Shown in pieces: positions 23,950 to 38,071 of a DNA stretch of 64,000 nt. How positions within the stretch are numbered: position 1 is the first letter of the stretch; each line of letters starts with the position of its first letter. The notes below the pieces were generated by a model. The model made no database searches. It was not told the origin of the DNA and worked only from the letters and a program-made list of their open reading frames with translations. The position numbers and the translations under genes were made by a program. This DNA is from Eledone cirrhosa (taxonomy: Eukaryota), in assembly GCA_964016885.1 (NCBI GenBank), contig OZ024741.1, positions 359,848,001-359,912,000 of the forward strand. Reading direction: 5' to 3'.

Positions 23950-24330
23950 AAAGAAAAAAATAGATTGAGAAGAAAGAATGGAATGTAAAATAAGAAAGTA
24001 TAAAAATGGAAAAGAAATGGAAAGGCAAGGGTTCTAGTGACACAGAAGAATGGGGAGGGGGATGGGCTCTGGGCCTAGGGCACGGCGGTAATGGTGTTGT
24101 GCCCTGCGGACAAGACCATGAAAGCATTCCTGCAGACAATGGCCAGCAACAGCCACCCCACCCCACTTTTCCGATCTTGCAGAGGAGCTCAGCAGTATGG
24201 GGTTCAAGTATGCGTGAGGTCTCAATGGTGATTGGTACGAAGAGGAAGCAACTGGACAAATCCCAGTATTTGTTTATCTTCTTTTCCTCTGCATTGCGGG
24301 CCGCAGTACCGGGGTTTGTGGTCGAAGCAA
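23950..24330 (-). mobile_element. CRE-like retrotransposon 3' fragment
   Basis: EEKINKYWDLSSCFLFVPITIETS... followed by a 3' UTR shared with 41810-41945 and 59490-59650. Confidence 0.65.
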
Positions 24331-24649
24331 CAATTAATTAATGTAGAATTTCAAGGGATTTAGAAAAATTATTAATTATGACATTATTAAGACAGTAAAT
24401 TAACATATGAATCTGAATGTGTGTACAGTGTCTATCAGCAAATAGATAATTAAGTGTGTATGTGTGTGTGTGTATATGTGTCTGTGGGAGAGGGTTAAAT
24501 GTGTATGTTAATGTTTGTATGCACACATATATGAGAGATTTGCTGGCATTGACTGTATGTGGATAAATGACTGAATGTGTGTTAGGAAGGCAACTGAGAA
24601 AGAGGGTGAGAGTGTGAGTAACTATATATATGAATGTTACAAGGTGACT

Positions 24650-25410
24650 TTGTGTGTGTTTATGTGTGTGGTTGTGTATCTGTGTGTGTATACACACAAA
24701 CACACACACACACAGATACACAGATACACAACCACACACATAACCACACACACACAAACACACACAGATACACAACCACACACATAAACACACACAAATA
24801 CACATACACACACACACACAGATACACAACCACACACATAACCACACACACAAACACACACAAATACACAACCACACACATAAACACACACAAATACACA
24901 CACACACACACACAGATACACAACCACACACACAAACACACACACATATATGAGTATTCAAGCATATTTATATATCTATAGGTAACTGAATCCGTGTGCA
25001 TGTGTGTGTGTTTATAGATGACTGTGTGTATATTTGTATGTATATGTGCACAACATGCATACTAGAGAGAGGGGCGGGGGGGGGACGTGACTAAGTATGT
25101 TGTATGTGGGGGATCTGTATAGATAAGTGAGTGGGTCACTGGGTGTATGTGTAGTTGACTTTGTTTATATATGTGTATATGTACATGAGTGTGTATATGT
25201 ATGTGTGTGTATATGTATAAATGTGTGTATATGTATGTGTGTGTATATGTATAAATGTGTGTATATGTATGTGTGTGTATATGAATATATGTGTGTATAT
25301 GTATATGTGTGTGTATATGTCTATGTGTGTGTGTATATGTCTGTGTGTGTATATGTATATGTGTGTATATGTGTGTGTAAATGTATATATGTGTGTATAT
25401 GTATATGCAT
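24650..25410. repeat. Complex (CA)/(TG)/(TA) microsatellite arrays
   Basis: Low-complexity dinucleotide-based arrays that generate spurious CV/HT-rich ORFs. Confidence 0.9.
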
Positions 25411-25687
25411 GATTTCTTGATTTACTAATCACCTCAGTGATTCTTGAGAACAATAGAGAAATAGAATCTACAAATAAAACATAGTTCTTACTAATTAACT
25501 TACAAATTAACTAATTCACTAAATAACCAGGAAACTACTGCTGCACTCACAGTATAGATTTTATTTCCTCTCATTCTCTTTCAACCCTGATCAGTTTTCA
25601 GCCAAAGCTAACCAAACTTAATCACTTTTTAAACATATTTATAATGAAATCCACCGAATTTTAGTATGAAGTTGAGGAATTTTGTAA

Positions 25688-25839
25688 TACAGGTAAAATA
25701 CCATTATAACGAATTTTTCAGTATAACAACTTTTTTTGCAACACTCAATTTGTTTTGGTCGATCTCGTTATAAAAAATTTTTGTTACAACAAATTTTTTT
25801 GGCATTCCGTGAATTTCGTTATAACGGAATTTCACTGTA
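25688..25839. mobile_element. Tc1/pogo-like MITE
   Basis: TA-cagg..aaa..ccattataacgaa ... ttcgttataacggaatttcactg-TA. Confidence 0.6.
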
Positions 25840-26740
25840 TAACTAACTTTCTCACTTTTAAATTGATGTTTGGAAAATAGCTAAACAAAGGTTCTTTCAT
25901 AAAATTATCATGAAGGTTTTTTTTAGATAAATATAAACACTTTTAAACAAATAGCTTTGTGTGATAGAACTAGGGGTGGTTTCAGGCAGTTTCGTATTAA
26001 AAGAGTTAAACTTCAGATCAACCCAATATGGGTGCTTCTACAGTCATTCAACCTACAAGTAACATTAACCTGATCGATCTCTTTCAAATCAAACCTTTAA
26101 GGCTTAAAGAAAAGGACACACTGGACTATATAGTCCAACATACACTATACTTTAAAAAAAACAGGATGTTCACAGTTTTAACATTTTTTATATTTTGTTT
26201 GGTCAATCAAGGCTGATCCATGGTTAAATGATAACAATAACTTAAATCTCAGTTTAGGGCTTCGATGAGGAATTTTGCAAGGTAGAACAATATTGCATTT
26301 GATCTTGGATAGGAGGGGCTGAAAGGTTTTGTTTTTGATAAGGAGTGTCAGATATTTATAGGTCCCTCTGGGCCACAAACTGATTTACCACCTCCAGCCT
26401 CCTCCTTATAGACTATGCTTTAGATATCGATTCAGTGTGATTGAAACAATACAATGGCAGTGATGTCATTGGAGGAGTTGTTGCTGTTTAGTTGCAAGTC
26501 AGTTGTGATCCAGTAGGCCTATAATCTAAAGCATTCCAGATATGATGCTTTCATCTTTTATTTAGACACAATACATCTAGAATTATACTATCAAATATGT
26601 CCTTCCTTTTGTAAGATGGAAGTATGTGATTTGAGGGAAATTTAACTGATATCTCTAGAAGATTGAGTGACTGCATAGAGGCCCCCCCCCCCCCCTTATT
26701 GGAAAAGTTTCCTTAAAGGAAGAAAGTTGGAATGAATACT

Positions 26741-27112
26741 TTAATAATAATAATGAAAATATTGTGTACAGTGCTCAGGTACACTACAACTCATCAAAAG
26801 TGTATGTATAGTACATAGGGTAATGTACAAACGTCGGAAAATGAACAGTGCATGAGTCATGATATACACATGTGTGCATGTGTATGGAAGGGGGGCATCA
26901 GGTGTAGTTTTGGCGAATTTCGGGAAGCATGAGGGTTTTAAAGGATGCAGTATCTCGGCAGCTAACAACTGACGCAGGTAGTTTGTTCCATGCTTCAGCA
27001 ACTCTAAGCGTGAAAAAATGTTTCTGAAAGTCATGGGAGCTGTGCTGTTTTCTGACTTTGTAGGCATATCCACGTGTGTTAGACACATGGAGATCAAAAA
27101 GGTGCTCAGGTA
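26741..27112 (-). mobile_element. CR1-clade LINE 3' end
   Basis: TRGYAYKVRKQHSSHDFQKHFFTLRVAEAWNKLPASVVSCRDTASFK is the typical CR1 ORF2 C-terminus; (ATT)n tail. Confidence 0.8.
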
Positions 27113-28561
27113 CTAAATCTAGTTTTATCTGGAATTTCTGAGTTCAAATTTCACCAAGTTTGACATTTTGTTTTTACCTGTAATTCAAAGGGTGATCCTT
27201 ATTACAAATTGTGTCATAATAAATCTCCCTGAGAATTACATTAACCCTTTAGCATTCACATTACTCTATATACACTATTTTATTTTCATGGTAAAGGCTT
27301 TATCTCACATAATTATCTCATAATTCCGAATTTATGAAATTTTGATATTATTTATTTTGAGAACAATACCTTAACATCAGTATAAGTGGCAAGTTATGGT
27401 TGTTTTGAACAGAAAGAGGTGAGGGAATTCTGGCCGGTTTAAATGCTAAAGGGTTAAGGGTGTGCATGTCTGTGAAATACTTGTTCACTAACATATTAAT
27501 TTAATGAGTAGGCCACATTCCTTTAACACTACACATTCTTTTTTTCTTTTCACTAATTTATTGACATGCTATTTTTAACTGCAACCATATACCTCCTTTT
27601 CTCAGCCTTTTCTGTCTTTCATACTTCTTAATTTTCATACTTTCTACTTCCCTTCTCTGACTCTTTCCACCAGTTTTCTGCCAGCTTCATCTTTTTTCTT
27701 TTGTCTGTACCTCCAGCTAGATACCTTATTCCCCCCCCCCCTCTCTCTCCATAAGGGTCCTATCTCTTTCACTCAATTTCTCCTTCTATGATGTTTGTTA
27801 AAAAGGTACTCAGGTCTAACAACAGGCTGTTTGATCATACTATCACAGTCTTACACTGTATTTTTTACCTGTATTGTCCCTGATATATTCTCCAGGTATT
27901 TGGTCAAACAAAGGGTTGGGAGGACCCTTCAGTTGTGTTGAAGACACGGCAACCTCCTTAATACTGGTGCCATGACAAAATGCACTCAGTAGAGCATGGG
28001 ACCATATGTAAAAAGGATGCGGATGCTTGGCCTGTTTGGGAGGTCAGTAGACATACATGGAAAGCAGATATTAATTAATGATGATGATGATGATTACTTT
28101 TCATCCTCTGTCGTTTTTTCTGTTTGTTTGTCTGTGTACCTATCCCTCATAATGTTTCACTATTTCCAAATGGCCTCTCCACCATAGTAGAGTTCTGGGT
28201 GATGGTTTACTATCCTTATGAATGAAAGACAGAGGGTTTTGAACAGACACAGATGATGATTGGAAATATTTGTTCGTGTTTTTTCCTGCTTTCCTATATG
28301 GCAGCAGTAGCCTGATGATATCCATCATCACCATCCCAGTAATTGTAGGTAAGTAGTTGCTTTGCTGGGGGGATTGGGACATGGTTAGAAGGTTGTGTGT
28401 GAGTCTTACTTTTCCTTGTATGGTATGGGTCTGGTGAGTGAGGTTGGATGTAAGGTTATAGATTACGTTTGCTTGAGTTTGTCAATAGTTTTGGCTTGTT
28501 CCAGATGTATTTATATTCAAGTTTAGTCAATTGATGGTCTTAATTACACACACACACACAC

Positions 28562-28812
28562 AATATTAATAAGAAGTATGGACAAGGTGTCAAATTTTCA
28601 TTAAGTTTATTCAGGTGTGACGTGCTTTCTTGAGCTGATCAATTGCAAAATGCACGTCACACCTGAGTAAACTTAATGAAAATTTGACACCTCGTCCATA
28701 CTTATTAATATTATACTCTGATGAGAACAACCACAAATTACATACTGGAGACTACGCATCAAGTGCTCACTTGTGAACCAACAGTAATTTGACTTTACAA
28801 TCCCTAAACTAC
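28562..28812. repeat. Microsatellite-flanked fold-back unit
   Basis: Arms 28562-28625 and 28652-28712, 26-nt loop, ~100-bp unique tail, (CA)n on the left and (TA)n on the right. Confidence 0.85.
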
Positions 28813-30149
28813 ATATATATATATATTTATATATACGAGTGGAAGGTTAGTAAAATTGAAGTTGTGGCGGTCAGCCAACATCCGTGAAAAACAATTCGGA
28901 GTTTGCACACAGCACTCAATAAGAATGTATCGATAAATTGATAGGTTACACCTTAGAGTAATAAACATACGTTAAATAGCATGACAAATTGAAAACTGTG
29001 GTTAAGGGGACAAAGCCACAGAAGCCACCACAACAACGAAAATACAATCAGGTTAAATAACATATATGTATATATATGTGAGCAGAAGGACATGTTTTTT
29101 TGCCTGTGGCATATCACAAAATCGGATTTTCATCTGAAGATATCATTCTCATAACAACAACAAATGCATAAATTACATCTTGGATTGCATAAGAGAACCG
29201 TTGACATAATTAATATGAATAAATGATTTATGTAACATCACCATCTTTCTTAATGTTATTGTTATATATATATATATAAATACATATAATTATGGGTGAA
29301 TTCTCAATGGTACTCAATATGTTGGTAGAGTCTAGGCATCTTAATTTTATATTGATAGAAATGACTTCTACGGGACTAGAACTTTTTTACTTGTATGTAT
29401 TCCCTTTTTGTCTCTCTGTTCTGTTCTATGGAACCTAAATAAAAATTCCAGAATGTTTTCGACAGACTACAGTGTTTAGTGTTTATGTAACAGACGGACA
29501 AAAAGTCTGTACAGTTATTATAATATAGATAATCCTCATCACCCCTACCGCTGCAGACCCCCACCCCTGGCTGTTTTTTAATCTTATTTACTTCTCTTGA
29601 AATGACCCTTCAGAAATAATATAAACATATCTAATTATTTAATCTTTCACAAAGATTAAAAAAAACTACTTTCATAATATAATGTGAAAGAGGGAGGGCG
29701 GTGGAGGCAAAGTGGCTTAAAAAAACAACATCAGCAACCGCAACAATAGCATCAACAATATCAACAGCATCACAAAAAACAATGGATAAAATGTAGTACA
29801 ACAGAAAATTGAGTTCAAATACCATCAGATTAAATAAATAATTTCACTGTAATGAATAACAGAGGAGGGACAAAGTTAGGTGAAACATGTTAATCGATAG
29901 GTCATGTAGGCTGGTGGTGGTGGTGGTGATGGTGGCGCTGGTTGGTAGTAGGGCTGGTAGTGATGGTTGAGGTATGTAATGGTTATATGGAAACAGTGAT
30001 GATGTGATATGTATATATTGTAATTGGCCTTATTAATTATATATATATATCTGCCTCTACTTCCACCAAGTAGGAACCTAATATAACTGTGTAAAAATTG
30101 CCTCCTGTTTAGTTTGCTTAATTTATCAACTATATATATATATATTATA

Positions 30150-30336
30150 TGTAGATCCCCAGATTGTGTCAGGGTGAGGGGTGTTAATCACAATTTAAAA
30201 AGGTACTATATTAGAGTATAGGCATCTTTATTATATATAAAGAAATGATTTCTACAAACCTAGAACTGTTTCATTCGTATGATTTTATATGAATGAAACA
30301 GTTCTAGTACTGTAAAAGTCATTTTTATATATAATA
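30150..30336. repeat. (TA)n-flanked fold-back unit (diverged)
   Basis: Arms ~30229-30280 and 30287-30336 centred on gtttcattcgtat-gatttt-atatgaatgaaac; leader with GGTACT; a related non-folded copy lies at ~29290-29385. Confidence 0.7.
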
Positions 30337-30344
30337 TATATATA

Positions 30345-31090
30345 TATAAAGCCATAGTAAGTAGAAAAGAAAATAATGCCCTGATACCTTGCTCATGTGT
30401 GCAGCAAAGGAGTGGCTAGAAATTCCATCTTGTGTCCCAAATGCAAATTATGGGTACACAGATGTAATCGGATCTCAGACAGGGCAGCAAAGAATGCAGG
30501 TTTTATATGTGGTTGATACACAGGAGCACTTAGCAACAAGAGATCACATGAAACAAGCCCCTTTAATTGCTCTGAGGGCTCCGTAAAAGTAGTTGATAGT
30601 TTCTGTTACCTGGATGACCAAATTATCAGTGGATGTCGGTGTTCTGAAAGTACAGTAGCCAGAGTGAGAATGGGACAGAAAAATTTCAGGGAGCTACTAT
30701 CACTGCTAGCTACAAAAGTTTTTTTTCCCTCAAAATGAAAGGCAAATTATATGATGCTTGTGTACGAACAGCAATGCTACATGGAAGTGAGAACTGGATG
30801 CTGTGTGCAGAGGATCTACGATGATTGGAAAGAAGTGAAATTTGCATGATTCAATGGATGTATAACAGTAATATACATGAACGGCAAAACGTCAATGAAA
30901 TAAGAGAGAGAAACTGGGCATAAGAGAGACCAGATGCACTATGCAAGAGAGAAGATTGCAGTGGTATGGTTATATGATGCATATGAAGCATGACAGCTGT
31001 GTAAAAAAGGTACAGGGTGCTTGAAGTTGAAAGAGGAAGACCATAGTCTTGGGATGAAGTAATAAAAGCTGACCTTGCATAATTAAACTT
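30345..31090 (+). mobile_element. Degraded RTE 3' fragment
   Basis: Nucleotide similarity to the PHD and C-terminal part of the 11333-14611 ORF (VDSFCYL, LYDACVRTAMLHGSE). Confidence 0.8.
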
Positions 31091-32084
31091 CTCCCGTGCA
31101 TACAGGATGAAGTAAGCATTAAATCTTTTTCTCTACTCCATCCATATACCTCCCACGTCTTAACACTCACCCCCACCTTTACCAGCTAAGTATCCCACCT
31201 TATGCCTCCCTCACTCACCTTTCTAATCTCCATCTTGCATACATGTTCCACACACTCCTCCAACCCCCACCTTCCTCATCCCTTGATACATCTCGCTGTC
31301 CAACCCATGCATAGATGCATGGAAAGCTGGACACGTTCCACACTTGGTCACCAACTGTGCTGCTGCCATGGCAAAAAGCACTTAATCCACCCTGTAAGGT
31401 AGTTGTGTTGGTTACATGACAAACTACCCCCAGTCCACCCTATAAGGTGGTTGTAGTGGTGACATGACAAAAAGCCACCAGCCCTCCTTGTAGGTGGTCA
31501 TGTTGCTACCACGATGAAAAAGCACCAAGTCCAGCCTGTCAGATGCTAATATTGGTGTCACGATAAAAAGCCCTCAGCCCACAACTACACTGCACATATA
31601 TACACTACACTTATATATATGTATATATATATATAATCTTTAATAATGCACAAAATGTTTTCCAAGATGTCTTTGAGATGTTAACATCCTAATGGAAATG
31701 GTGGAAAAGTTGACTGGACAATGAGACCTATGTTATACAATAGTGCCCATAATAGACAACATAGATACAAATGTCAGGAAATTTTCTTTAAAATTATAAA
31801 ATAAAATAAACAAAAACAAAACAATAAGTGGTAATCCTTCATTATTGGTACGTTAAATAATGATTTCTACTTTAGGCACAAGGCCAGCAATTTTTGGGGA
31901 GGGGAAAGTCGATTAAATCAAACCCAGTGCTTTATTTATCGACCCTGTAAGGATGAAGGCAAAGCTGCGAAGCATGACTAATGTTACATGACTATAGCTG
32001 ATTCACTACTCTGTGGACCGTAAATATGCTTAGAAAGGCCAACAAGGGATTCTGAAGATGCATGAGTTGCTACCCAGTGTAGAC

Positions 32085-32740
32085 AAGTGTCTAGGAGAGC
32101 AGTCGCTCTGAGTAAAATAAGATTGTATGGGGTATATGTTAAGCCTTCTAAACCATTGAGAAAGCAAACTGTCTATGATAGGAGAGACTCCAATTAAAAA
32201 CAACTGTACAGGGCTGACATGGACCCTGTAGCCATGAATGAAGGCAGCCTGTCTAGGAGGGCAATGACTTTGATTAAAAACAACTGCTCTGGGCAGACAT
32301 GGTCACCGTAAGCCATAATGAACGCAGCTTGTTTAGGAGAGCAGTGACTCCCAATAAAAATGACTGCATGGGGTAGATGTGGACCCTGTAAGCCATAGTC
32401 AAGGCAAGCTCTCTAGGAGGGCAGTGACGCCAATTAAGAATGACTGTACAGGGCAGATGTGGACACAATAAGCTGTAGTGAAGGGAACCCCCTCTAGGAG
32501 GGCAGTGACTTTGAATAAAAATGACTGAATGGGGCAGACGTGAACTTCATAAGTCATAATGAAGGCAACCTCTCTAGGAGGGCAGTGACTTTGAATAAAA
32601 ATGACTGCATGGGGCAGATATGGACCCTGTAAGCCATAGTGAAGGTAACCTATCTAGGAGGGCAGTGACTTCGATTAAAAAACGACTGAACAGGGCAGAT
32701 GTGAACTTTGTAAGCCATAGTGAAGGCAACCCATCTAAGA
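32085..32740. repeat. ~80-bp diverged tandem repeat, ~8-9 copies
   Basis: tctaggagggcagtgac...aaaaatgactg...gggcagatgtggaccctgtaagccatagtgaaggcaacc recurring at ~80-bp spacing. Confidence 0.8.
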
Positions 32741-34238
32741 AAGTAGACATTCTGAATTTTTCTGGCTCTAAAGAGAAACACTGGACTTTGAGATGCTGTC
32801 TTAAGATTGTGCATTCACTAGAGATCTTCAGTGATTGTGAAGCCTAGCATTTAGAGCAACCATGATAGTTCTAGTTGCATGCTACTCATGTTTAAAGGGG
32901 TGAGGTGCAATTTTGTTTTCTTGATATCTGCAGTGCTTGTGTTTTTTGAGACTTGATGGAGGCCAGATGGATTTGTCAACAACGAAGTATATGATAGGCA
33001 AAGTCAACTAAAACAATATAGAAAACAGGACACATCAAAATGGTCACACATTGATCTCTTAACTCCTGATGGAGTAGTAGGGGCATTTTAAACTTGGCAG
33101 CTCCCATCCCACTTCAGGTTTCATTACATCTTGTTTCTTCCAGAGAGAGTTATATAGAAGAATTCATTTCAGTACTGGATGGAAACTTTATTCATGAAAC
33201 CTGAAAGGATGAAATACAAAGTTGGCCTTGGTGGGGGTTTGAACTTAGTGTGTGGAACACAGGAATATGTAACACAAAGCATTCTACCCAACACCCTAAA
33301 GACTCTGCCAATTTGCCACCTCAAAACAGGAAAAACCGCAAAATAACTCAACACAAGATGTTTTTTTTTACTGTCTGTTCAAAGAAGTTAATGATGACCT
33401 CATATCACAAAATTTATTTCTACATTTGGGATTGGCAAAAAAATAGAGCTGACCTTTGATACACCAAATGACAATAAATTCTGAACTTTGAGACACAGAA
33501 ACGAAAGATCTATTTTGGTTAAATACAAGAGCCAATTTCAAAGTTACTGTTGTTGTTATCCCTAGGTCAGTCCTGATCCAGCAGACAGATTTATGATAAA
33601 AAAACATTCTGACATGACCATCCTATCTTTTATTCAAGATTTTTAAAACAGTATGGTGAAAATTGTAAGGGAATTTGGCTGATATTTCTAGCTGACTGAG
33701 TGACCATGTAGACATTCTCTTGGCTTTAATTAGCTCCCTAGTCAACACGAATTTCAAAGTATATATTATAGGTATCTTTCTCTCTTGTCTCCACAGAGAA
33801 GTGGTGAAAGGATTGATGGGTCTGCAGTAGGAAAGCTTTTTTCTTGGCCCCTTCACATAGCCAATAGCCGATTCAGAGAGAGAGAGAGGGGGGGGGGGGA
33901 TGAAGTCTAATATTTAACTGGTACTTTATTGACCCCAAATATGTTTGACTCCAAAGTTGGCCCTGGCAGAATTTGAACTCAGAGTGTAGAGGGATGGGAC
34001 AAATACCATAAAGCATTCTACCTGATGCTGTAATAACATTTCCATTATTATTGCTCTTGAAAAGAATATGAACATCCAAACTCACAATTTATCTTGGACC
34101 TTGTAGGCTAGAAACTAGCTCTACACCTCGACACTGAAGTGAACCTAAACATCGAGTGCTCACCCGGGTGAACCTACAGTAACTCCAAGTTACACTCCCT
34201 GTAATATTTCGTTTCCCAAAGTATAACAATATATATAA

Positions 34239-34270
<32 letters not shown>

Positions 34271-34862
34271 ATAAATATATATATATGTATTTAAAATATC
34301 TTTCACCTGGCAGCCATTCTGAGAAGCTCTGCTAGTTCAGAAATATTTACAGGTATAGCAGTACAATCAGCTAGATATGGCCAAGATTTGACGAAGACCA
34401 GGAAGCTATCCTACACACCCTCGTCCAATAATAACAATAATTTCTAGCATAGGCACAAGGCCACTCTACATTTTCGCTTGGGAGATTGTATAATTGGTTA
34501 AATCAGTCACGATAATTGATTGGTACTGTATTTTATCGACCCTCACACCCAAGAAAGATGAAACGCAAAGTTAACCTTAGGCTGATTTGAACTCAGACGT
34601 ATCTAAATAACGCGATGCATACAGATGCTGCCAATCATTGCTGTTCAATGTTGATGATGATGATGGTGGTAGTGTTGATGATGATGATTATGATGATTGT
34701 CACAAGGCTTCAAATTACGAAAGAAGGTGGAGTAATTCGGTCCAATAACAATAGTGTGCTTGCATGCACATATGAAATCTATATATGCATCACATGTATG
34801 TTTATAGAACCCGCTACGGGACTTCTCTCTCTCTTTGTCTCCCCCCCCTCTCTGTCTCTCTC

Positions 34863-34950
<88 letters not shown>

Positions 34951-35585
34951 CCTTTCTCTTTCTCTCACACTCACAGACAAACATATGTTTACAAAAGCAC
35001 AAAAAATACACATTTATACAAAACAGAAGTATACAACATATTGCTTACGAGGACGTTCCTTGATGTATACAAACACACACACACACACGCGCGCACACAC
35101 ATACATCGCACACCAATATTACGACAGGTAACAATATAATTACATGTTGTTCTTATCAATGGTACTGGTGTTATTTATCCAATCATTCAATCATTCTTTC
35201 TTGGGGAAAGTCTGGCTATATGAATAAATAGCAACATCAATTCGAACATCGTTAACAATATTTTTTAAATTTATATTATCATCATTAACTATTTATTACA
35301 ACTATTGTTTTTGTTATATCTACTGTTTCTGGTTGTTGCTTTTCGTTTATATATTGTCCCCAATGTCGTGTTCCCTTGTAGCCAATAAAAATTATTATTA
35401 TTATTTTCCTTGGATACCTGTGTATTCACATACATCCCACTGGACTTCAGCCAGGGGTTGGGAGGGTGATAATTTGTTATGACACATTTTTCAGCTCCAT
35501 AGATAACTGATTGTTACAAAATATATAATGGATAAAGTGTACAACGTGGTTTGCCCTCCAGTGTACCATTGTAGCCAATAAAAAC

Positions 35586-35618
<33 letters not shown>

Positions 35619-36791
35619 CCTTACTGGGTCGATAAATAAAGCACCAGTAATGCTCAGGAGTCGATTTAATCGATTTTCCCTTTCCCCCAAAATTGTTGGC
35701 CTTGTGCCTAAATCAGAAACCACTATTCTTACGGGGTGGATAACTAAAGCACCAGTTATGCACTGGGTCGATTTAATCGACTTTCCTCTCTCCCCAAATT
35801 GTGCCTCTTGTAGAAATCATCATTATTATCATTGTCGTTGTTTCCTTATTAGCCACAAGTACAACATAAATGCACAAACATTAGTGTACAATGATACACA
35901 AGAACCTAGCTGTTTACATGTAAACAAATGCCAACCAGAAAATATAGCGATTGTGAATGATATATGCTGCTGACGATGATGATGAAAACAATAATAATGA
36001 TTACAATGAAATTGGTGATGAAGACTGAATAAAGATCGTGCTGTTGGTGGTAAAATCGACAATTCCATTTTAGTTCTATTTACTTTTTCTATCCACTTTC
36101 ACTTTTGCTTTTGTGGATGTGGTTGTTGTAAAATGAAGCAACGATAAGAGATTTACCATTCAGATGAGAAGCAACAGACGCGTGCGCGCGCACACACACG
36201 TACGCACGCACAAAGACACAAATATATAGAGACAGATAAATAACTAGCTAAATGGATGGACGAATAGATAGATAGATAGCTAGAGATATAGATAGATAGA
36301 TAGATAGATAGAAAGAAAGGGGGAAATAGCGAGAAGGAAAGATTTATAAATGTACCGATGCAAAAAAAGAACTAGACAGAAAGATATACAGCAATATAGA
36401 TATGAAAACTCATTGATAGGCATAAAGCCAAATACATATACATGGATATAGAAATATACAGGGTGGTAGATATAAAAAGAGGTAAATTAAAAAAACCCAT
36501 CAAAGATAAGTAATTGTTGATTCACCGAGAACTCGGTGGTCCAGGCATGGCCTTGGCCGTAAATGCTTTCATACAAACTAAAGAACGAACATAAAAGAGA
36601 CGGATATGCATATAGGTAAATAGGTAAGACATTTTCTTTATTACAAGATCGAACATGCATAGGCAAAGATACAACACACCCACACACACACGCTCACGCA
36701 CACACTCACTCACATAACACACTCACGTACATACACAAACACATGCATACTCATACACACACACATACACACATATATATAGTCGTCCTAC

Positions 36792-36882
36792 CAGCTTTCG
36801 TCGGGCCAACCATGAGTACCTTACTGGGGCCGCCCAACAAGTGTCCACCACTACCTCCGCGGCAGCTGAGAGGTACTCCCAT
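36792..36882 (-). CDS. ARF/ARL-family small GTPase, coding exon 1
   Basis: ATG...MGVPLSCRGGSGGHLLGGPSKVLMVGPTKA(G)|gtagg; MGxxxS myristoylation motif; KVLMVG...AG matches ARF RILMVGLDAAG; the phase-1 donor joins exon 2 to give GPTKAGKT; CpG-richer surroundings. Confidence 0.85.
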
Positions 36883-37908
36883 ATTCCAATGGTCGACTAC
36901 ACGCCCTCGACACCACCGCCGACACGGTTGATGAAGACAACATCAGATCTGAAGAAATACCGAAATATTATTCATAGGAACGGACGGACGGACGGCTTGG
37001 TTTCGGAAAACACAGCTTAACTAGCTGACAAGTGTGGCTGCAGCTTTGCTTAGCTCCCTCCACCTCTTCACACTCTTTCTATCTTTATCTCTCTCTCTAT
37101 CTTTTCCTCTCTCACTCTACTTTACACACAATTTATGTTTATCTCATTCACTGTAATTTCTTTACTGACTATTTCTTTATTCGTCTCTCTGTCTCTTTCT
37201 CTCTCTCTACTCCACACTCCTAGGGATGGGATCGCTGTACATTTCCCTGTTGTTTCTCCTTCAGTCGATATACATTGTTAGTGCATATGCGTATAAGAAT
37301 TAGTTTCTTCCTCTATACGTGTATCTCTCTCCCTTTTCTTGGTTGTCATATGTGTGCGTGTGTGGTAATTAGTATTGCTCGCTCACAAACACACAAACAT
37401 ATATATGCTACACTTTTTCATTAGTATGTACAGGTGTATCCCTTTCTCTTTATTACACACAAACACACAGACACAACATATTTTTGCATCTAACCTGTGT
37501 TTGACATTCATTTTCTGCACAATTTCTATATTCGTATACATGCATCCGTGTGTTGTAAATGCGTGCGCATGTGTGTGTCTGAGGTAGAAATCATCATCAT
37601 TGTCGCCATCGTCGTCGTTTTACACCCATTTATCATGCTGGCATCGTTTGGACAGGTTGTCACAAGACGGGTCGGAGAACCACGTCTTGCTCATAGTTCT
37701 ATTTTTAGTATGGTTTCTACGGTTGGATGCCCTTTCTTACGCTAAACACTTGACACAAACACACTTATATATCCCTCCGTGAATCTTAAACTACTGATGG
37801 AGTCATAGGAGCACCGCCATGGCATTTTAAATCTTATGCATTCTAAACCTAGCAGAGTTAATGCCTCTTCAGTTTTGAACACAGCCGATTTCTTCCAAAG
37901 AAATATAG

Positions 37909-37943
<35 letters not shown>

Positions 37944-38071
37944 GAGAGAGGGAGAGAGAGAATCGTCGACCCCAGTACTAACCTCGAAAGTTGTCCTCGG
38001 TGGGATTTGAACACAGACAACCGAAACGAATACCGCAAAACATTTTAGCTGTCGTTCAAACACCTGACGCA

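Noticed and set aside
24338-25453. Long CV/HT-rich ORFs
   Set aside because: Translations of dinucleotide microsatellites; the same applies to 34615-35139 and the YI-repeat ORFs.
32085-32740. CRISPR-like appearance of regularly spaced repeats
   Set aside because: Whole units are homologous, with no unique spacers and no cas genes, in eukaryotic context.
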